DNA of 64,000 bases from an uncultured Phycisphaerales bacterium (lineage in GTDB: Bacteria > Planctomycetota > Phycisphaerae > Tepidisphaerales > Tepidisphaeraceae). Within the stretch, counting starts at the first letter, position 1, and every line of letters begins with the position of its first letter. Location: positions 2,432,001 to 2,496,000 of the forward strand of contig CAVWLP010000002.1 in assembly GCA_963755915.1 (NCBI GenBank). Reading direction: 5' to 3'. Position numbers and translations under genes: made by a program. Below, piece after piece: positions 54,870 to 64,000 of this stretch. Below the pieces are notes generated by a model. That model made no database searches and was not told the origin of the DNA. It saw only the letters and a list, made by a program, of their open reading frames with translations.

Positions 54870-55192
54870 GCGATTTCCGAGGCGGCGGCGCGAAGCCGAG
54901 TACTCCCGGATTTGCGCAACGGCGCCCGGAAAGGCGTTTCCGGGATTGGGAGCCCGGCGGCGAGCGAAAGCTCGCGACGGCTTGGCAAAACCTGTGATGG
55001 ATGCCGCCGGATTTGGTGTGCGTCCTGACGAAGAAACTGGAGGTGATCCGTGACCTATTCTGACTGTACGTGTGGGCTGCTGTAAGCAGCTTTCGCGGGT
55101 GAGACTCCCGCGATCCACGCAGCTGCTTCATGCAGCTCACAGCAGCTAAAGACTGCGAGAAGCCCGGCTCAAAAGGCCGGGCTTTTCTTTTT
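54870..55192 (+). ncRNA. Candidate structured RNA containing a micro-ORF
   Basis: Dense hairpins, GGAGGTGATCC, 11-codon ORF 55050-55085, terminal terminator. Confidence 0.4.
55157..55192 (+). terminator. Rho-independent terminator
   Basis: GAGAAGCCCGGC-loop-GCCGGGCTTTTC followed by a T run. Confidence 0.75.
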
Positions 55193-55241
55193 CGTTGCCT
55201 CATACGATATAAACAGGGCGATCGCGTACTGAGTCGACCCG

Positions 55242-55507
55242 ATGAGAAAATCAAAAAGGAAAACGAGACCGCTCACGGCGAAAGAATTTGACGCCATGCA
55301 CGATGCCGGCGTGGATTTGGCGGAAATGTTGACTGGTCCAGGGGCCGGCCCGTTAACCAGCAGATTCGCCGGGTAAACTTGGATTTTCCGCAATGGATGA
55401 TCAACCAGATGGACCGGGAGGCAAAGCGCCTGGGGGTAACGAGGCAATCGATCATCAAGGTCTGGATCGCGGAACGATTGGAATCGCTGCCAAAAAAGAT
55501 TGCCTGA
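55242..55507 (+). CDS. CopG/BrnA-like RHH antitoxin, orphan (frameshift near 55330; absent from the ORF track)
   Basis: Manual: AKEFDAMHDAGVD...RRVNLDFPQWMINQMDREAKRLGVTRQSIIKVWIAERL. Confidence 0.75.
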
Positions 55508-55510
55508 CGA

Positions 55511-56702
55511 TCATTTCAAGTCGATCTTTCCCCACGCCCGCCACATATATCGCTGTGCGAATTCCCAGATGACGACCTTTTTGGCGGTGAGGATAGCGGG
55601 ATTGCTCGCGAGCATTTGCCTCGGCGCGTCGATGGGGCCGGCGTATACGCCGATGACCTGGACTTTTACACCCAGGCGCGACATCAGATCGTCAACGAAG
55701 CCGCAGCCCTGCTCGGAAAAGTAGAGCGAGAAGCTGTCGCCCACAAGCAGGATGGGCGCGTCATTGCCGGCGATGAGGGGTTTGCCGTCTCTTTGCAGGA
55801 CCTGGGGACTCTGGAAGTGGTTTCGCGGATACTTTGTGTTTCCCCAGCCCATTGAAAGATTCTGGGCCAGATCCCCGGCAAAATCGAGCGTGTACTGAGA
55901 ACGGAAAAACTCGGCCTTCGGCATGTCCGGGGTCAGCGGTCGAATATGATCGGAAACAATATCGGCGACGAGCAGGCGGCCGGGGAGGGACCAATGCGTG
56001 TCGGTGGGTAGATAAATGGGCTGTTGGGCGCTGAGGCGCGCCTGCCAGAGCGCCGGGGCGAGATCGATCACATCGATGCCGGCGCTACGCGCGTGGTTGA
56101 GCCAGTCGGAAAATCCGGGGGGAACCGCCGGGCCGAGCGAAAGGCGGTAGTCGGTGGCAAGCTTGTCGGGATAGATTTCGAGCTTGTCGGGGATGGGGAG
56201 AAGAACCAGGCGGATGTTGCGCGTCGAGCTGTTGTTTGAGGCTCAAAATCGCGGGCATGATGGTTGAAGCGGGGGAGGGGGCGGGGTCGTTGAGCGAGAA
56301 AGAGTTGTAGGGCCGAAGTTCTTCGTCGCTGAAGAGCCAGCCGTCGCGGGCGAGTTGCACGCCGCGCGGGGGGATGATCCCGCCGGTCATTGCGTGCCAA
56401 AACGTGTGCCGCACCCAGCGGTCGAAACGCGATTGCTGGGTGAGATTGCTTTCGAACTGCTTGAGTGAATCCGCGGTGGGAAATCGCGCCAGCAGGTCCT
56501 GAAACTCTGATCGCCCGAGGACCGTCTCGTCGTACCAGGTTTGATAGATGCCGGGAATGCAGATGCCCAGTAAGAAAAGAATGGCAACGGCAAGGGCAGT
56601 GGTACGCCCGATCTGGCCGGCCCCGGCGTGTGGAACCTTGATCGCCGGTACGTCGGTCGGCACATTTGGGCGAGGGAACGGAGATGGGTGATGGCTCGAC
56701 AT
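55511..56702 (-). CDS. AlgJ/AlgX-like SGNH O-acetyltransferase (frameshifted)
   Basis: N-terminal TM, RDGWLF, YLPTDTHWS, LLVGDSFS, VVIWEFAQR. Confidence 0.8.
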
Positions 56703-56709
56703 TTTCGCT

Positions 56710-58237
56710 CTAGAACCTGAAATAGAGGAAAGGCGTGTAAGATCTTACGCTGAGGGTCAGGATCGCCGCCAGGAATACAACCAGGGAGAACGCGGCGACC
56801 GCCGGGGTGACGCGCTTGGCCAGGTCCCACGTCTGGATTCCAAAAAATGCGATTGCCGCGGCGGCGAAAAGCTCGAGGAGATGGGGATACGTCCAAAGCC
56901 CGAAATGGGCAATTCTGTCAACCGGGGTGGCAGCCACGCCGAAGCGGAACATGGTGGATAGATAATTACCCGCATCGCGCAGATCAGAGGATCGGAAAAA
57001 GACCCAGGCGATGCAGACGATGAGAAACGTGAGGCCGACACGGACGAAGTGGGGGTGCGCGCCAGTAGAGATTTTTCTTGCCGAGCATTCGCTCGAAGGC
57101 CAGCCAGCCGCCGTGAATTCCGCCCCAGACGACGAAGGTCCAGGACGCTCCGTGCCAGAGGCCGCCGAGGAGCATGACGATCATGAGATTGCAGTAGGTT
57201 CGAGCGGTCCCCTTGCGGTTTCCGCCGAGGGTGATGTAGAGGTAATCGCGCAACCAGGTCGAGAGCGAAATATGCCAGCGGCGCCAGAATTCGGTGATGC
57301 TGGAGGATTTATAGGGCGCATCGAAATTTTTGATGAACTCGAAACCGAACATGAGGCCCAGCCCGATCGCCATGTCGGAATATCCCGAGAAGTCGAAGTA
57401 AATCTGAAAGGCGTAGCCCAGGGCGCCAAGCCATGCGTCCGACCAGACAGCGGGATGTCCGTTGAACGCGAAATCGGCGATTTCGCCCATGCTGTCGGCG
57501 ATGAGGATTTTTTTGGCGAAGCCGAGGCAGAGGAAAATGATCCCGCGGCTGAATTTTTCCAGCGTGTGGTGCCGCCGATACATCTGCGGCTCCAGGTCCT
57601 GGAAGCGAATGATGGGACCGGCGACGAGATGGGGGAATTGCGAAATAAAGCAGGCGAAGGTGAGCAGGCCATGAAGCTCGACGTCGAGCGAAGTTTCGCC
57701 GGGCTTGAAATGGCGGCCCGCGGCTTCGGCGGCGCGCTTGGCGGCGACGCTCGATGAGCGGGCCTTGCCGCGATAAATATCCACCAAATAGCTAATGGAT
57801 TCGAAAGTGTAGAACGAAATCCCCACGGGAAGAATCACCTGCAAAATCCTGTAAGGCTCCAACCCAAAAGTCCGGCGGATGGTGTTGAGATTGTCCTCGG
57901 CAAACCCGAAATATTTAAACGCGAAAAGAATCCCCAGGCTGTTGCATAGCGAGATCACCAGAAAGAGCTTCTTTTGCCAGTGCGGAGGCCTGGGATCTCC
58001 CTGCGCGTCGGCGTGCCAGCCGAAGGGATGCCAGTGTCCGTCGATGAGATTTCCACAGCAGAAATCAACGAGGGTCGACCAGGCCAGGAGCAGCACAAAC
58101 CACGGATTGGCCCAGCCGTAAAAGAAATAGCTGAGCAGCGTCAGTACGCCAAGGCGCCAGGGAGCGCGGGCGGCGTAGTAAATGACAATCGCCAGCGGGA
58201 GAAAATAAAATATGAAAATGTGGGAGCTGAATACCAC
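56710..58237 (-). CDS. algI: MBOAT O-acyltransferase, AlgI-like (frameshifts near the 3' end)
   Basis: MVFSSHIF, LPVGISFYTF, FPHLVAGPI, QIYFDFSGYSDMAIG, EFWRRWHISLS, GLWHGA; tail PFLYFRF. Confidence 0.88.
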
Positions 58238-58269
58238 TGCGCCGGCTTCAATCGTACTCGATTTTCACC

Positions 58270-58737
58270 TCAAACGGACAGGTTCAGCCGCATCTCCGTA
58301 TCGATCGAGCGGAAGCCGACCTTTTCGTAAATCGCCCGCCCCAGGGGCATCGCGTGAAGCGATATCTTGGCGCAATTTTCCTGCCGGCAGTGATCGATCA
58401 ACATTTGCAAAAGGCGGCTGGCGATGCCGCGCTCGCGCCACTCTGCCAATGTGTACATATTCATGATGTACGCCTCGCGGCCGGTGGGGTTGCGGTTAGA
58501 GGGAGCGTGGACGTGAAAAATCAGGCCACAGGTGGCGATGATTTTTCCGTCGGCGACGGCCACGAAAACGATGATCTCCTCCACGGGAATGGCGTGGGCG
58601 AAATAATACTGGATGGTTTTTTGCAGTGCCGCGTCTTCGCCGGCGCCGGAAACCTCGACGAGGAAAGCCATGCGTAGAGCCGCGAGCGCTTCGGCATCTT
58701 GGTCGGTTGCTCGGCGGTAATAGACGATGGCGTCCAT
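58270..58737 (-). CDS. GNAT acetyltransferase
   Basis: AYIMNMYT..WRERGIA, GRAIYEKVGF. Confidence 0.88.
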   Translation of the reverse strand: MDAIVYYRRATDQDAEALAALRMAFLVEVSGAGEDAALQKTIQYYFAHAIPVEEIIVFVAVADGKIIATCGLIFHVHAPSNRNPTGREAYIMNMYTLAEWRERGIASRLLQMLIDHCRQENCAKISLHAMPLGRAIYEKVGFRSIDTEMRLNLSV

Positions 58738-58747
58738 CGGACGCGGC

Positions 58748-59767
58748 CTATGCCTTCGGCGGCTCTTTCGCCTTTAGCCAGGGCATCATTTTTCGCAGTC
58801 GCCGGCCGGTGACTTCGACGGGGTGGCTGTTGTCCTGCTCGTAAAGCCTCTTGAAGTTTTTCATGCCGGCTTCGTATTCGGCGCGCCATTCCTTCGCGAA
58901 CTGGCCGGTGGTGATTTCACTGAGGATTTTTTTCATCTCGGCTTTTACGGCCGGGTTGATGACGCGGGGGCCGCGCGTCAGGTCGCCGTACTCGGCGGTG
59001 TTACTGATGGAATATCGCATGTAATCCAGGCCGCCCTGGTAGATCAGATCGACGATGAGCTTCACCTCGTGAACGCATTCGAAGTAGGCCATCTCCGGCG
59101 GATAGCCGGCTTCGGTGAGGGTTTCGAAACCGGCTTTGATGAGGGCGGAGAGTCCGCCGCAGAGGACGGCCTGCTCGCCGAAGAGATCGGTTTCGCATTC
59201 GTCCTTGAAGGTGGTTTCGATGACGCCGGAGCGTGCCCCGCCGATGCCGCGCGCCCAGGCGAGGCCCAGGTCGCGTGCTTTTCCCGAGGGGTTCTGATGG
59301 ACGGCGAGGAGGCAGGGCACACCGCCGCCGCGCTCGAATTCGCTGCGAACGAGGTGACCCGGGCCCTTGGGGGCGACCATGAGCACATCCACGTCTTTGG
59401 GTGGGACGATCGTTTTGAAATGGATGTTGAACCCGTGGGTGGCGCCGAGCGCTTTGCCGGCCTTGAGATTCGGGGCGATGCTCTTGGCATAAACGCCGGG
59501 CTGCACTTCGTCGGGAAGCGTGGCGATGATGAGATCGGCGGCCTTGACGGCGTCTTCGACGCTCATCGGGTCGAAGCCGTGCTGGATGGCAAGCTTGCCA
59601 TTGGGGCTGTCCTTGCGATTGGCGACGATGACCTTGATGCCGCTGTCGCGGAGGTTCAGGCCGTGGGCATGCCCCTGGGAGCCGAAGCCGAGGATGGCGA
59701 CGGTTTTTCCCTGCAGGGCGTCGAGGGGGGCATCTTTTTCGTAGACCATTTTCAGTGGCTCAGGCAT
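58748..59767 (-). CDS. ilvC: Ketol-acid reductoisomerase
   Basis: [46 protein letters not shown]. Confidence 0.97.
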   Translation of the reverse strand: MPEPLKMVYEKDAPLDALQGKTVAILGFGSQGHAHGLNLRDSGIKVIVANRKDSPNGKLAIQHGFDPMSVEDAVKAADLIIATLPDEVQPGVYAKSIAPNLKAGKALGATHGFNIHFKTIVPPKDVDVLMVAPKGPGHLVRSEFERGGGVPCLLAVHQNPSGKARDLGLAWARGIGGARSGVIETTFKDECETDLFGEQAVLCGGLSALIKAGFETLTEAGYPPEMAYFECVHEVKLIVDLIYQGGLDYMRYSISNTAEYGDLTRGPRVINPAVKAEMKKILSEITTGQFAKEWRAEYEAGMKNFKRLYEQDNSHPVEVTGRRLRKMMPWLKAKEPPKA

Positions 59768-59797
59768 CGAAAACTCTCCTAAAAATGCGAGTCCGAG

Positions 59798-59826
59798 ATG
59801 GTAGTAGCAGCCCTCGCAGGTGTCAA
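59798..59826 (-). promoter_or_regulatory. Sigma70-like promoter of ilvC
   Basis: TTGACA-17 nt-TACCAT on the minus strand; AGGAG RBS. Confidence 0.6.
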
Positions 59827-59980
59827 AGCGTCAAAAGCCGAGCCGTTCTTGCCCATGGCCAGGGCGCGGGTTATATTTCGCGGCCGTTTGTGAGGAGCCG
59901 AAAAAGCGGCTGCAACAGGGCCGCGGCGCCGGTGGTAGAAATATTCGTGCGCCATCATTTCTGTTCCCCAGGAGGGCCGT

Positions 59981-61047
59981 TTGGCGATTCGGGTTCACTT
60001 CCCGCTGGAAGCCGGCAAGGCGCCGGAGATCGGTCTAGCCAAGGCGATGCGCGTTGGCGGCAGCGCCGGCGTGGTTGCGCCGGCGGGTCCGGAATACAGC
60101 AAATATGACAGGCTCAACGCCGCCGCGCCGCACTTCTTCGAGTCGGTGGATATCGACCAGGCTGATGTCATCGTCTACCCGTATTTCGCGCATACGGGAG
60201 AAAAGACCGAAGCCATCGCCAACGAAGCGCGCAAGCGCGGCATCGACTGCGTCTTCATGTCCTGGGGCGATGAAGACGTTCCCGTGCATGTTCCCCACGG
60301 CACGGTCTATCGCCATTCCCTTTATTCCGATCATCGGGTGGCGCACGAATTCGCGATGCCTGCGGAAGTGAGCGATCCGGAAATTGAGACCGGCTCGGGC
60401 GTCTGGCCGCGCGAATGGCAGGAGGTGCCCACGATTGGCTTCTGCGGGTTCGTGAGCAATCCATTCATGCGCGCGGTCTACCGCCTGAGCGGGCGCGTTC
60501 GAAAAGTTGCCGGTTTGAGCATGCGGGCGCGGGTCCTGCGTTCATTGCGGCGCAGCAAAGGGATCAAACCGAACTTAATTACGCGCCAGCTCTACTGGGC
60601 CGGAACCGAGGGGCGCTATCATCACCATGTCGCAAGAAAATTCGGTCCCGCGCGGCTTTCTGGAGCAATATATTCAACTCCGATTACACGCTGTGCATCC
60701 GAGGCGGAGGAAATTTTTCATATCGGTTCTACGAGGTGCTGGCGGCAGGACGGATTCCGCTGTTCGTCAACACGCGCTGCGTGCTTCCGTTCGACAACGA
60801 AATCGATTGGCGCCGGCATTGCGTCTGGGTCGAGGAGCAGGAGATGGACCGTATCGGCGAAATCGTGCGGGAATTCCATTCGCGGATTTCGCGCGAGGAA
60901 TTCCACGCCCTGCAGATGGCCAACCGCCGGTTGTGGGAAACCCGGCTTGAGCCGCTGAGCTTTTACGTTCGCGCCTTGACGCGCGGCATTTCACTCCCGC
61001 CGGAAACGGCAACGCCGCCCGGCACGGATTTGCACGCGGCGATCTAA
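59981..61047 (+). CDS. Exostosin-family (GT47-like) glycosyltransferase (frameshift near 60645)
   Basis: IGFCG; YTLCIRGGGNFSYRFYEVLAAGRIPLFV...LPFDNEIDW. Confidence 0.75.
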
Positions 61048-61475
61048 TCAGCAATGCGCGGCAAAGGGGCCAAATCCGGCTCGACAAACTGCGTCTTGGC
61101 CCCCGGATCCATTCGCCGCCGGGGGGAGTAGAAAAATCGCAGGATGTGCTTTGACATCAATTCCGGATGAGCGTCGCAAAACTGGTCGGCCGATTCAACC
61201 GGACAGATCTCGGCGTAGGCCCGCATGACGGCGGCGATAATGTGAAGCAGGGCATGGGTGGTCGTCTGGTTATATCCGCTGGTCTGGGATTCGGGGACCT
61301 TGTTGGCCGCGTTATATCGCTGGATGGCGGGGCCGAGCTGGGCGATGGCTTCGGGGAAAGGGAACTGGCTCAGATACAGATACGCGATTTTGACGTGGGC
61401 GCGGTGCGTCCACTGGTCGAAGGGGAGCTGGCACGTCTGGAAGAGACGGAGAAATTCGGCATCGTCGGGAGTCAT
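61044..61475 (-). CDS. Hypothetical protein
   Basis: FLRLFQTCQLP..WTHRAHVKIAYLYL...YNQTTT...FVEPDL; intact ORF. Confidence 0.75.
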   Translation of the reverse strand: MTPDDAEFLRLFQTCQLPFDQWTHRAHVKIAYLYLSQFPFPEAIAQLGPAIQRYNAANKVPESQTSGYNQTTTHALLHIIAAVMRAYAEICPVESADQFCDAHPELMSKHILRFFYSPRRRMDPGAKTQFVEPDLAPLPRIAD

Positions 61476-61536
61476 ACGAACCTCGGCAATGTACCAAAAG
61501 ATAAAGTGCCGCCAGTGCCCTCACTGACGGAGTTCT

Positions 61537-61980
61537 TCATTGGGTAATTTCCGGCTCGACAAGACGGGCCAGATTTCGCAGGGATTCCTGCCAGCCGAGG
61601 TAGCATTGTTCGACGGGGATAGCGTCGGGGATTCCGGACTGGACGATGTTCAGTTCCGTGCCGACGGGGACTTTTTTGATGGTCACGGTTACTTCGAGCT
61701 TGCCGGGGAGGTTGGGGTCGTCGAATTTGTCGGTGTAGCGGAGTTTTTCGTTGGGGATGAGCTCGAGGTATTCTCCGCCGAAGGAGTGGCTTTGGCTGGT
61801 GGTGAAGTTGCGGAAAGAGACTTTGAAGGTTCCGCCGACTTTGGGCTCGAGGTGATGGATGGTACAAACGAAGCCGTTGGGGGGGAGCCATTTGGCCATG
61901 GCGTCGGGTTCGAGGAAGGCGCGGTAAATCTTTTCGGGTTTGGCGGTAAGGACGCGATGGAGGCGGACGGTGCCGGGCAT
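61537..61980 (-). CDS. SRPBCC/AHSA1-family protein
   Basis: VRLHRVL..KPEKIYRAFL, FGGEYLEL, CYLGWQESL; AGGAG RBS. Confidence 0.88.
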   Translation of the reverse strand: MPGTVRLHRVLTAKPEKIYRAFLEPDAMAKWLPPNGFVCTIHHLEPKVGGTFKVSFRNFTTSQSHSFGGEYLELIPNEKLRYTDKFDDPNLPGKLEVTVTIKKVPVGTELNIVQSGIPDAIPVEQCYLGWQESLRNLARLVEPEITQ

Positions 61981-62125
61981 GGGGTTCTCCTGAAAAGGGG
62001 ATTTTTGTTTAAATGCGTGCTTTTTCGAACAACGCGGCGGACTATGTTTCCCAAATCACGACCATACATATAGCCAGATGGAATTCAAATGAAGTTAGTG
62101 GGGGCAAACACGTGATCCCGCGCCG

Positions 62126-63648
62126 CAATATTGTCCGGGACTTCCGCGTCTTAGAGCTGGGATTTTTCGGGTTTTCACTCGAAAGGCTGCGTTGCCTCGA
62201 TGGGCAACGGCGTGGAAGGTTCAGCGCTGCTCCTGCAGCGCATGCCGCGGCGTTCACCGGCGGCCGGACAACAAAAACCCCCGGTGACTTACTTGACGAT
62301 TTTTTCAGCCTTCTTCCGTGCCACACGCTGACGCTGCAGCTCGCATTCCCGTTCTCGGCGCTGCAGGATGGGAATAATCTCTTGCAACGTGGCCCCTCCC
62401 GCGGCGACCAGGCTCAGCATCGCGTAGGCATATTTGCTCACCGGACGCTGCGTGTGCAGATAGATCAACAGCACCCCGATGACCGCGATGTAGAACCCGG
62501 TGGTGACGCCGTTTTTGCTGTGGCTGGTGAGATGGCGGAAGTGGGCGTGCACTTTCAGCCAGCGGAAAAACAGCTCGATCTTCTATCGCCAGCGGTAGAG
62601 CAGACCGATGACATGGGCGGGAATGTTAAGAAGATTGGTCAGCAGCCGCAGGGGCCTGTCGGGTTTGTCCGGGTCGAAGATCGTCACTTCCCGAAGCCAT
62701 TTTCCCGCCGGAGGAGCAAAGCGTGGCCCTTCTGAGCCCAGGTATCCGATCCGGTCGCTGAGAATGCCGGCAGCGCGGTCTTCATCGCTCAGCGGCAGGG
62801 ACTTGGGGGTCAAGTCATTGTTTTCGATGGGAATGAAATAGTTGTTTGACTTGAGCCGGAGCACAAAATCGCTGCAGGCATGTACGATCCGCTCCAGCAG
62901 CTCGAAACAGACGTAGCCGCGGTCCATGACGTAAATCTGTCCCGGCTCCAGGGACTGCATCAGCGCCTGCGCCTCGGAGCATCCCGCGCCGCTGATCGTC
63001 ACTCCCTCGGGAACCCCCACGCCCGCCGCCCATTGAAGATTCAGGCGAATCGTGTCCATGGGCTTTCCGTTGGGTCGACTTTGATGCAGCGCCCAGGCCA
63101 CGTCGGCGGCAACGGTGAACAGCGACCCATCCACCACCCGTACCCGCTCGGTCAACTCCGCCAGCTTCGGATCGCCGTGACGCAGGTGCGGCAGCCGCGC
63201 CCGCAACTCCTCGATGATCGGCTCCAGCAGCGTCGGATCGAACAGGGCGTTGGCATCGGAAAGCGTGGAACGCGGCAGGCGATCGACCGAAAGCTGCTCC
63301 TGCATCTGCTCGGTCTGGCTGAAATCCTCCATCGTCCGCAGGCTGCGAATCGCCGGCGTGAAAAACGCCAGCAGATAGGCAAGGGTCACATCGTCATAAA
63401 AAAGCGTGCGATTGGGGTGGGGATGCGCCGCCCGCAGGCGGGCCAGATGATCCTGCAAAATACCGACGTACTTGCCGCCGAACAAATCCTCCCCCCGCAC
63501 CGCCGGCCGCGGCTTTCGTCCCGGCTTGGCGGGCAATCCAGAAGCTGGGCAAAGGTCCGCGTGCACGTGGCGGCAGTGAACCACAAAACGCTGCTTCGCG
63601 CAAGCGCAAGATTGTGTCATTGGTGAGCCTGCGTTCCGGACACTATTG
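62126..63648 (-). mobile_element. IS4-family insertion sequence B, copy 2, with 9-bp target duplication
   Basis: Reverse complement of 21426-22950; CCCGCGCCG at both 62117-62125 and 63649-63657. Confidence 0.95.
62289..63536 (-). pseudogene. IS4 transposase with in-frame stop (TGG to TAG at 62583-62585)
   Basis: Copy 1 reads RWRWKIE; copy 2 reads RWR*KIE, just before the catalytic Glu. Could be a base-call error. Confidence 0.7.
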
Positions 63649-64000
63649 CCCGCGCCGTGGCGGGGGGTTTCGTTACCGTTGACAGAATTGAAAAAATCGA
63701 AACGCCCCGCGGGGGGGTGTACGCGTTTTTTCGCGGATGGCGACAGGGGGTGAGAGTGGGTGGTTTTGAGCTTCATCATGGGAAAATGCACGCCTCTATA
63801 TACAGGTCCAAAGGGTGTACGTTTTGGACCTATTTTGCGTGGGCGAAGCAAATTTGTTTGGGGTTGAATAGATCGAATTTTTAGCGGGCGGGGCATGTGG
63901 GGGATTTTCGGCGGGATTGAGATCTCATCGTCGGCTTCGCTGGAGGCCGCGGAGGAGAATCGGGAGGGGTGCGCGCAGAGCGCTGAGCGCGGGAGAGAAG

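Noticed and set aside
55039-55049. 16S rRNA 3' end (GGATCACCTCC on the minus strand)
   Set aside because: The adjacent sequence lacks helix 45 and other 16S motifs; only 11 nt match.
55069-55120. tRNA gene
   Set aside because: There is a T-arm-like hairpin but no D arm, no 7-nt anticodon loop and no proper 7-bp acceptor stem.
21426-63648. Composite transposon bounded by the two IS-B copies
   Set aside because: Copy 2 has its own 9-bp duplication, showing independent insertion, and the interval holds core genes.
63805-63830. Palindrome GGTCCAAA...TTTGGACC near the window end
   Set aside because: Single occurrence with truncated context; no function can be supported.

Overview
A 64-kb, GC-rich bacterial chromosome segment, most likely from a planctomycete (Phycisphaerae/Tepidisphaerales-like). 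That assignment is inferred from PEP-CTERM/dockerin proteins, TQP-rich linkers, a MoxR-vWA-prenyltransferase-repeat operon, heptamer intergenic repeats and scattered housekeeping genes. Recognisable genes are pheS, rplU, gap, mutM, carA, mscL, ilvC, an ECF sigma/anti-sigma pair, three GGDEF proteins, an FHA-GspE/PilB ATPase, an AlgI/AlgJ-like O-acetylation pair, a glycolipid-synthesis-like trio, an 8-gene MoxR/DUF58/vWA operon and three IS4-family insertions (two are near-identical copies). Many genes, including carA, carry single-base frameshifts, densest at about 29.6-44.2 kb; these most likely reflect uncorrected long-read errors, so several boundaries are approximate. The most unusual signals are non-coding: (i) a ~330-nt multi-hairpin element with an 11-nt perfect Shine-Dalgarno and an 11-codon Cys-containing micro-ORF (54.87-55.19 kb); (ii) two related palindromic 11-6-11 sites with 10-bp-phased repeats bracketing a 2.8-kb block, one of them at a sharp strand-independent G/C-skew switch; (iii) two further small-RNA candidates and REP-in-REP nested insertions. 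No rRNA, tRNA or CRISPR array was found. All family assignments are from motif recognition, not database searches.
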